64,000 nt of DNA from an uncultured Hormoscilla sp. (GTDB lineage Bacteria; Cyanobacteriota; Cyanobacteriia; Cyanobacteriales; Desertifilaceae), in assembly GCA_963921275.4 (NCBI GenBank), contig OZ001293.3, forward strand, positions 608,001 through 672,000, read 5' to 3'. Made by a program: the position numbers and the translations under genes. The number at the start of each line of letters is the position of its first letter. The stretch's first letter is position 1. Below are positions 56,673 to 64,000 of this stretch, in pieces. Below the pieces are notes generated by a model. It saw only the letters and a list, made by a program, of their open reading frames with translations, had not been told where the DNA came from and ran no database searches.

Positions 56673-57920
56673 ATGTTCACAGTTAAGGAAATTACCGTCA
56701 ACGAGAAATCTTGGTTCCCCCAGCTACCGGTTCAAGTCTGGATCTTAGCAGTGGGGAGAGTATTAACCGAAATAGGCAATGGACTTGTCATATTTTATGC
56801 GCCCATCTTGTTTGTAAATCAGGTAGGTTTATCGGCAACAGCGGTAGGAATTGGGATCGGTAGCGGTGCGATCGCGGGAGTAATTGGCAGGTTCATAGGC
56901 GGATCCTGGACGGACTCTCCGATGGTGGGACGCAGGAGGACGCTTTTACTCTCAGCAGTAATTTCTGCTGGCGCTGACTTCGTGTTTGCCAACAGCCACA
57001 ACTTGCCAATTTTTATTCTGGGTAACTCGCTGATGAGCTTGGGAATTGGTCTTTACTGGCCCCCCAGAGAGGCAGTTGTCGCAGATGTAACGACTTACCA
57101 ACAACGAGACGAAGCCTTTGCTGTCATGCGCTTGATAGATAGTATTGGTTCGGGGTTGGGAGTGCTGTTAGGAGGACTGTTAATTTCCGCAAATGTCGAT
57201 TATCGCCTATTATTTGCGATCGATGGCATTTCATTTCTGGTTTTCTTCGGCGTGGTGTATGTCGCCCTGGGTGAAACGGGTGAGTTTACAGAACATAACA
57301 GCAACCAAGGACTACAGAGTTGGTTGGCCGTCCTGGGCGATCGGCCTCTGATGGTATTCCTGGTAGTAAATATCCTCTTCACATCTTACCACAGTTTGTT
57401 ACACAGCGCCATGCCCCTATATCTGAGCAATTTCGTTCAAGCAGGGGGCTTATCTGCTGGGACGATCGGTAGTTTATTCACATGGCACATGGTGTTTGGG
57501 GCATTATGTCAGTTACCCCTTACCCGTTGGCTAAATCGCTTTAGCCATCCGAACGCTTTAACAATTTCCATGCTATTATGGGGAGTAGGATTTGGGCTGA
57601 TGTGGGTTACTGGAGTTGCCCCGATGGCTGTCCTCTGGGCAATTTTAGCACTGTCAATCATGGGTGCAGCAGTCTCTGCTTACATCCCCGCCGCTGCTGC
57701 CTATATCGTAGATGTAGCACCAGAATCTATGATGGGCGTTTACTTTTCTATCTACTCCCAATGTTGGGCGATCGGGTATTTCATCGGTCCTAGCTTGGGG
57801 GGATGGGCCTTAGATCGGTCCCGTTACATTGCTGATGGCTTCTGGTTAGCTGCCGCAGTCAGCGTCGGCCTTGGCATCCTGATTTTACAATATATCCAGG
57901 GCCAACTACAGAAAAATTAA
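56673..57920 (+). CDS. MFS transporter
   Basis: GSWTDSPMVGRRRT, multi-TM pattern. Confidence 0.88.
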   Translation: MFTVKEITVNEKSWFPQLPVQVWILAVGRVLTEIGNGLVIFYAPILFVNQVGLSATAVGIGIGSGAIAGVIGRFIGGSWTDSPMVGRRRTLLLSAVISAGADFVFANSHNLPIFILGNSLMSLGIGLYWPPREAVVADVTTYQQRDEAFAVMRLIDSIGSGLGVLLGGLLISANVDYRLLFAIDGISFLVFFGVVYVALGETGEFTEHNSNQGLQSWLAVLGDRPLMVFLVVNILFTSYHSLLHSAMPLYLSNFVQAGGLSAGTIGSLFTWHMVFGALCQLPLTRWLNRFSHPNALTISMLLWGVGFGLMWVTGVAPMAVLWAILALSIMGAAVSAYIPAAAAYIVDVAPESMMGVYFSIYSQCWAIGYFIGPSLGGWALDRSRYIADGFWLAAAVSVGLGILILQYIQGQLQKN

Positions 57921-58006
57921 AATTTCACCGATCGCCCAGCTATTTCTCAGGCTTTACTCATTTATGTGATCTTTAATCATAGATAGTCGAAGAGAAAACT
58001 ATTGCC

Positions 58007-58516
58007 ATGAAAATCAAATCATTGGCCATCCTGGCCAGCCTCTCAATGCTGAGTATCGGACTAGCTTATTCTTTGGGGAACCGCGCTTCCATCAATGCTG
58101 ATGCTGCCACTCCGGTGATGCTAGCCCAAGGGAGTCGCCCCTCCTTTTACCAAGCAAATGGCATCGCCATTAGGGGCACAGATCCAGTCGCCTATTTCCG
58201 AGAAGGTAAAGCTGTTGCTGGCAGCTATCAATTCACCCACCGCTGGGAAAATGCTACCTGGAAATTTTCCAGTGCTGAAAATCGGGATTTGTTTGCCCAA
58301 AACCCGAAAAAATACGCGCCGCAATATGGTGGTTACTGTGCATGGGCAGTGAGTCAAGGCTACACGGCATCTACAGATCCAAACGCCTGGAAAATTGTCG
58401 ATGGCAAACTGTATCTTAACTATAACAGAAGGGTACAGAAAAGTTGGGAAGGAGACATTCCCGGTCACATCGCCCGGGCTAACCGGAACTGGCCTGAAGT
58501 TCTCAACCGTTCGTAG
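58007..58516 (+). CDS. Secreted YHS-domain protein
   Basis: Signal peptide, AIRGTDPVAYF, YAPQYGGYCAWA, DGKLYLNY. Confidence 0.88.
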   Translation: MKIKSLAILASLSMLSIGLAYSLGNRASINADAATPVMLAQGSRPSFYQANGIAIRGTDPVAYFREGKAVAGSYQFTHRWENATWKFSSAENRDLFAQNPKKYAPQYGGYCAWAVSQGYTASTDPNAWKIVDGKLYLNYNRRVQKSWEGDIPGHIARANRNWPEVLNRS

Positions 58517-59398
58517 TAAACACTTTAGTGTTTGCGGGTTCGTAGTGCGATCGGGCTTTCCGGATACGGTCAGCAAATACGCAGCAGACTGCCAGGGTAA
58601 GCAAATATTAGGATTATCCGTATTCGATCGCCCGAGGGAAGGAAAAAGAGTCAGTTTCGCCTGCTGGAGTGCCAAATGGACCGATAGTTCCAGGACAGGA
58701 GAATGGTTGTCTTGCCGTTTCCCGGGGCTGTGTCTCGTGACACAGGGAGGAGGCGGGGTTTGCCAGTTCCTGGAATTGTCGCCCTACCAATTGCGAAAAA
58801 GTCCTAACAAAGTGGCGATAAAAATACTTCGGATCAAAGCAAACAAAATGTGAATGCGCTACGAAAAGCGGTAATTTATCTCTTGATATTGCCAAGTCCG
58901 GGGTAGAGAAAGTAGAGGTCGAATGCCATTTTTTTGCCTACCAGTTGTGGGATGAGAATGGGGATAAGTCACCGATGGAGATAATGGAGTTAGCTATACT
59001 ATTGCTACCTTTGAGTTGGAAATTGCTAATGGTGAATGGAAAATGGTGAATAGTGAATGAAAAAAGGGTCAATTCTCAATGAACAATTCTCCCTAAATTA
59101 ACAAAATTCACAGCCAATTTCCGACCAGAACGAAAGGTGCCCAATAGAATGGATCCTTGTAGCGGGGTGACTGCAAAATTTCCAGCTGTGCTTGTCGGAG
59201 GGCTTCAGATTTGCTTACACCCTCATGGGTGAGTGCTTGATAGAACTTAACCATGAGGTTACACAAACCCATGAATCGTCAACTATTTATCCAAAATTTT
59301 GTACGACAGCCTGTAATATACTAATTAATATGCAATAATACGGTACGATCGCCTGTATTACGTGACATCTGACAACTTAGCAAACACAACGTAGGGCC

Positions 59399-59638
59399 AA
59401 ACACGCTCGTCTTAACCGAAAATCTGCGGATGCCGTGCCCCTACATTTAATTGGCGATCGCCCTCTGGCACCGGGGCACGGCGGGCAAAACACGATCGTC
59501 TTAACCGAAATTAGCTGATGCCGTGCCCCTACATTTAATTGGCGATCGCCCTCTGGCGCCGGTGTACGGCGGACAAAACACGCTCGTCTTAACCGAAAAT
59601 CTGCGGATGCCGTGCCCCTACATTTAATTGGCGATCGC
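59399..59638. repeat. Three ~89-bp tandem REP-like units, each with a HIP1 site
   Basis: AAACACG(C/A)TCGTCTTAACCGAAA...GATGCCGTGCCCCTACATTTAATTGGCGATCGC at 59399, 59488 and 59576. Confidence 0.88.
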
Positions 59639-59767
59639 GCCCCAGCGAGTGGAGAAGATACTTGCACGGAGACTCCCGAGAAAACCTATGAAATTGCCAG
59701 TTCGGTTGGAGAAAGCGCCAGCGAGTGAGAACTCTTTCTCATCCGAATCACCAAAAATGCGGGCTTC

Positions 59768-59956
59768 GTCACGTGACTCTATGGCAAAGTTGCGTGACTC
59801 TATGGCAAAGTCACGCAACTTAAACGCAAAGTCACGCAACTTAAACGCAAAGTCACGCAACTTAAACGCAAAGTCACGCAACTTAAACGCATAGTCACGC
59901 AACTTAAACGCAGAGTCACGTGACTTAATATACTGGTCATGTGACTTTCACGCAGA
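59768..59956. repeat. Nine tandem 21-bp units with a quasi-palindromic GTCACG(T/C)(G/A)AC core
   Basis: GTCACGCAACTTAAACGCAAA and variants at exact 21-bp spacing. Confidence 0.9.
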
Positions 59957-60344
59957 TGCTCCGATAACAGTTACTCAAAACCTCATGTAAGGTTTTGGGG
60001 GTTGCGTCCCATCGACCCCCAGTTGAGAACTGGCTGTGATTTGACTATCAGGACCTAGAAAGATACCCGAGGTGGTAATTTGAATATTCCCGCCGTTACC
60101 AGCAAAGGCATTCGCATTGATATTGCTGCCCTCTATCCCGCTGTTTATCGTGATGTTGCCCCCATTGCTTTCACTGCTATCATCCGTTCCGGCACGAGTA
60201 GTAATGGCACTATTGTGGCGCCAAATCAGAGCATCAGCAATATTCAGTTGGATATTTCCTCCTTTTCCTGATATTATGTCACCGCAGTAATGGCATTACA
60301 GTAGTATGAATAGGAATATCTGCTTGGTTTGTGCCAATCATGTT

Positions 60345-60445
60345 GGGTGCATCTCACTTTTGTAATCTAGCCCGCGCCGGCGGGCTTTGTTCGTGTAGCC
60401 GGGCCCTTTAGGGTTCGAGCGGCTAAGCAAATATGAGATGCACCC
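60345..60445. mobile_element. 101-bp MITE with 12-bp inverted ends and a 9-bp target duplication, carrying a REP
   Basis: AATCATGTT-GGGTGCATCTCA...TGAGATGCACCC-AATCATGTT. Confidence 0.8.
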
Positions 60446-60658
60446 AATCATGTTTATGTCGAATGACATATTGATGCTGATGCTTCCGGATGGTTCTGAC
60501 CCTCGATTTTGAATTCAAATCGTCGAACCACCATCCATCAACAGATTCCCTCCTTGCACAAGGATATCCCCGCCACTAATCTTTCCATGAACTTAAGAGT
60601 CCTAACTTCCAGGATCTGCTCGCAAAATTAATTTTCATGTCTATATTAATCCAAATAG

Positions 60659-61300
60659 TTAACGACGGCGTTCCTGCAACTTGCGATAGACATCCTTGAC
60701 ATCAACGTTGTGATGTGCTAAGGCTACCAGAGTATGATAAAAGAGGTCAGCAGCCTCAGATGCGATCGCCTCTTTATCGTCATCCTTACAGGCCATTACC
60801 ACTTCGGCGGACTCTTCGCCAATCTTTTTGAGAATCTTGTTATCCCCACCTGCGAATAACTTGCAGGTATAGGAATCCTCCTTGGGGCGATCGCGGCGTG
60901 AGCGAATGACAGCAGCGACTTGAGAGAGGGTATCTGCGGGGGGCGTCCTAACTGTGTCGCTTACCTGATGAAAACAACTACGTTCGCCCTTGTGACAAGC
61001 GATATCCCCCACTTGCTCTACACCTATTAGCAGGGCGTCACTGTCACAATCATAACGGAGCGATCGCACATTTTGCCAATGTCCGGAAGTAGCGCCCTTA
61101 TGCCACAACTCGGCACGGGAACGACTCCAAAACCAGGTTTGACCAGTTGAGAGAGTCTTTTCCAGGGACTCCCGGTTCATCCAGGCCATCATCAGCACCG
61201 TACCATCCAGATAGTCCTGGATAATGGCGGGCACCAGTCCTTGCTCATCATAGCGAATTTGCTCGATCGGGATCGGTTGGGTAACAGCAGCTTGGGACAT
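60659..61300 (-). CDS. hisIE: Bifunctional phosphoribosyl-AMP cyclohydrolase/phosphoribosyl-ATP diphosphatase
   Basis: WSRSR...[32 protein letters not shown]. Confidence 0.97.
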   Translation of the reverse strand: MSQAAVTQPIPIEQIRYDEQGLVPAIIQDYLDGTVLMMAWMNRESLEKTLSTGQTWFWSRSRAELWHKGATSGHWQNVRSLRYDCDSDALLIGVEQVGDIACHKGERSCFHQVSDTVRTPPADTLSQVAAVIRSRRDRPKEDSYTCKLFAGGDNKILKKIGEESAEVVMACKDDDKEAIASEAADLFYHTLVALAHHNVDVKDVYRKLQERRR

Positions 61301-61635
61301 AAGACATTGGGTAATCTTCTCTTAACACTTATTTAGAATATATTTTGAAAGGGATCGACTTGCGAGAAAGAGGCATTATTGGTGTCATTGCGAGGGGGGC
61401 TACCGCAGCAGTAACTCCTCTCAATTACGATCCCCCCTCGCTCCGGACATATTAGCTGCTGGAGATCGCGCAGTTCTTGACCTTCGTAGTATAGCATTGG
61501 CAGCCCAGGGACAGGCATCTGGTCCGGGGCGGAAGGCGGGTCAACCGAGCAACAGATGATGAAAATAGTTTATTTGTGCTAATCTAGCGCCTATTCTCAA
61601 ATCAATAGTTGAGCATTCAAGCAAGGAGAACAACT

Positions 61636-62937
61636 TTGATCGCAACCACTCTCAAGACCACCAAATCACAAGAGATGTTCGCTGCGGCCCAGAAACTGAT
61701 GCCAGGGGGTGTCAGTTCACCAGTGCGAGCCTTCAAATCCGTAGGTGGAAAACCCATAGTGTTCTCACGGGTAAAAGGCGCTTACATCTGGGATGTGGAT
61801 GGCAACCAGTACATCGACTACGTCGGCACCTGGGGGCCAGCCATTTGCGGTCACGCCAATGCCGAAGTGAACGAAGCCCTGCGCAAGGCGCTAGAAAATG
61901 GCACCAGCTTCGGTGCGCCCTGTGAACTAGAAAACGTGCTAGCGAAAATGGTGATCGATGCCGTCCCTAGCATAGAAATGGTGCGGTTTGTCAACTCTGG
62001 CACCGAAGCCTGCATGTCTGTCCTGCGCTTGATGCGAGCCTTCACAAATCGTGACAAGATCGTTAAGTTTGAAGGATGCTATCACGGTCACGCCGATATG
62101 TTCCTGGTGAAAGCGGGTTCTGGGGTCGCCACCTTGGGATTACCCGACTCCCCCGGCGTTCCCAAATCTACCACTGCCAACACCCTCACAGCTCCCTACA
62201 ACGACCTGGAAGCCGTGAAAGCCCTATTTGCCGAAAACCCCGAGCAAATAGCGGGGATAATACTGGAGCCAGTAGTAGGTAATTCTGGATTTATTGCCCC
62301 CGATGCTGGTTTTCTGGAAGGCTTGCGGTTGATCACCCAAGAGAATGGGGCCTTGCTGGTGTTTGACGAAGTAATGACTGGCTTTCGGATCGCTTACGGC
62401 GGTGCCCAGGAGAAATTCGGCGTCAAGCCCGATCTAACGACCTTGGGCAAGATTATCGGCGGCGGCTTGCCTGTGGGGGCCTATGGCGGACGCAAAGATA
62501 TCATGTCTATGGTGGCACCAGCAGGTCCAATGTATCAGGCAGGGACGCTTTCGGGTAATCCTTTGGCCATGACCGCTGGCATCAAGACTCTGGAGTTGCT
62601 GCAAAAACCGGGCACTTACGTAAAACTGAATCAGATTACCAAAAAGCTAATCGATGGGTTGCTCTCAATCGCCAAAGAAATGGGTAATGAAGCCTGTGGG
62701 GGTCATATTAGCGCTATGTTTGGCTTATTCTTCACCAAGGGCCCCGTTCACAACTTTGAAGATGCCAAAAAGTCGGACACCAGTAAGTTTGGGCGCTTCC
62801 ATCACGGAATGTTAGAACGGGGTATCTACCTAGCGCCTTCTCAGTTTGAGGCCGGGTTTACTTCTCTGGCTCACACAGAGGAAGATATCGATAAGACTTT
62901 AGCAGCAGCTAAAGAAGTGATGGCGACTCTGAAGTAG
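61636..62937 (+). CDS. hemL: Glutamate-1-semialdehyde 2,1-aminomutase
   Basis: [48 protein letters not shown] start after AGGAG. Confidence 0.98.
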   Translation: MIATTLKTTKSQEMFAAAQKLMPGGVSSPVRAFKSVGGKPIVFSRVKGAYIWDVDGNQYIDYVGTWGPAICGHANAEVNEALRKALENGTSFGAPCELENVLAKMVIDAVPSIEMVRFVNSGTEACMSVLRLMRAFTNRDKIVKFEGCYHGHADMFLVKAGSGVATLGLPDSPGVPKSTTANTLTAPYNDLEAVKALFAENPEQIAGIILEPVVGNSGFIAPDAGFLEGLRLITQENGALLVFDEVMTGFRIAYGGAQEKFGVKPDLTTLGKIIGGGLPVGAYGGRKDIMSMVAPAGPMYQAGTLSGNPLAMTAGIKTLELLQKPGTYVKLNQITKKLIDGLLSIAKEMGNEACGGHISAMFGLFFTKGPVHNFEDAKKSDTSKFGRFHHGMLERGIYLAPSQFEAGFTSLAHTEEDIDKTLAAAKEVMATLK

Positions 62938-63164
62938 CCCTCACCCGTTCCCAGGCGGGAGCCTCTTAACGAGGGGACCGTGTCTCCTGGGTAGTGCGAC
63001 TACAATGTTCCCCGGGTAGTGCGAGTAGCGCTCCCGGGGAACATCGAGCTCCCAGGAGACACGGGTGGGGCTACAGGAACAAAGCAATTGTCGCTCGCGA
63101 GCGTAGCGTGGCAACCTTCCTGCGATGTCTCCTGTGTGCCGTATGTCCCCTGGGACAAGAGCAA

Positions 63165-63964
63165 GGAGCATCATGAACTAAAAAGCCCTTGAAGCCATTG
63201 GTATCGCGGTAGCCGAGGTTAGTTTTAATCATAAACTCGGCCAGCCTGAATAAACTTGGCAATGTCATGTTCTGGGTTAACTCGGGCAATCTCAGAGGCC
63301 ATTTTCTCAGTGAAAATCAGCTTGTGAGTTACGTCTAGGGGTATGACTGCGATATCCTCCCGGGCAGCAAAGAAAGTTTCTGCTGCTTCGGGGTTGTGGG
63401 CTTCGATACTTCTCGGGAGCGCTAATCGCACTACCCGAGAGGCATCGATGTTAAACTCGGCAAGAGGGGTGACGTTTCCCCGACAATTAAATGCCCCGGC
63501 CATCGTCACAATTTGCTTCGCCGCTTGAGAATGCCCGGTTGTTTCCTTTCCGCTGCTGCTAAGTTCGTTAAGGGCGCGATCGCGACCAGGGTAATTTCTC
63601 CAGGTTCAGCACTGAGTTTGTCGATAATAATCTCGTCCGAGTAGCGAGCAATGTCAAATTTATGGACAGATTTTGGTAAAGTAGGGGAGAGATTGCCCAT
63701 GCCGTCGGCTCCGTGAATGTGGGCAGCATCTCCTATTTCGCTTTCATGGGGTATGCCGCGACCTACTTCTACCCGATCGAAACCACCTAAGCTCAGGATT
63801 TTGCTCTTCTAGGCAAAGATATAATTAGCGCGGACATTTCCGTCAGCGGTGGCGATCGCGACGATCTCGGCGAGACCTTTTTTCGCCAAACTCATCAACC
63901 ACAATAAGGCGAAGGTATCTTCTCCGCCGGGGTCCGTATCTACGATAATTTTCTTTGCAGTCAT
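63165..63964 (-). pseudogene. Nucleoside hydrolase (IUNH family), frameshifted and repeat-interrupted
   Basis: IIVDTDPG, HIHGADGMG, APLTNLA, AEFN, PLDVT, LVHDA across several frames. Confidence 0.85.
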
Positions 63965-64000
63965 GAGATGTAGTCATAAATTTGTGATTTATGCAATTTT

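Noticed and set aside
59160..59280. Hairpin CCTCATGG...CCATGAGG as a riboswitch or ncRNA
   Set aside because: No recognisable family consensus and no downstream gene. It cannot be supported without an Rfam search.
59624..59902. ORFs with RDFAFKL or AKSRNLN heptads
   Set aside because: They are open mainly because of the 21-bp repeat and have no recognisable domain. Kept only as an alternative in the array finding.
59399..59956. Possible CRISPR array (89-bp and 21-bp periodicities)
   Set aside because: The inter-repeat sequence is itself repeated, so there are no unique spacers.

Overview
Cyanobacterial DNA (dense HIP1 GCGATCGC sites, cph1/rcp1, Uma2, hemL, hisIE) from a heavily eroded, mobile-element-rich region. 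1-10 kb is a nest of group II introns: an RT-encoding intron carrying two nested ORF-less introns, plus truncated and internally deleted copies. 10-26 kb is a minus-strand Rhs polymorphic-toxin array with orphan toxin/immunity cassettes (Ntox16-like tips with DUF6714-like immunity, an unassigned Cys-bracketed tip with HEAT-like immunity, an LRR immunity gene). The 5' half of the parent giant Rhs gene lies at 36.8-41.9 kb on the opposite strand. Junction sequences indicate that a ~16-kb inversion between two IS5 copies split both this gene and a cph1-rcp1 operon. Six related ORF-less group II introns occur, two apparently identical (871 nt). Their EBS1 loops differ and their 3' ends sit 8 nt after the branch A. 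MITEs and short palindromic repeats are abundant, some in frame inside proteins. 45-64 kb holds membrane glycosyltransferases, MFS transporters, hisIE, hemL, pseudogene fragments and an unexplained 21-bp phased array. Family assignments come from motif recognition only. No searches were run, and some frameshifts could be sequencing errors.
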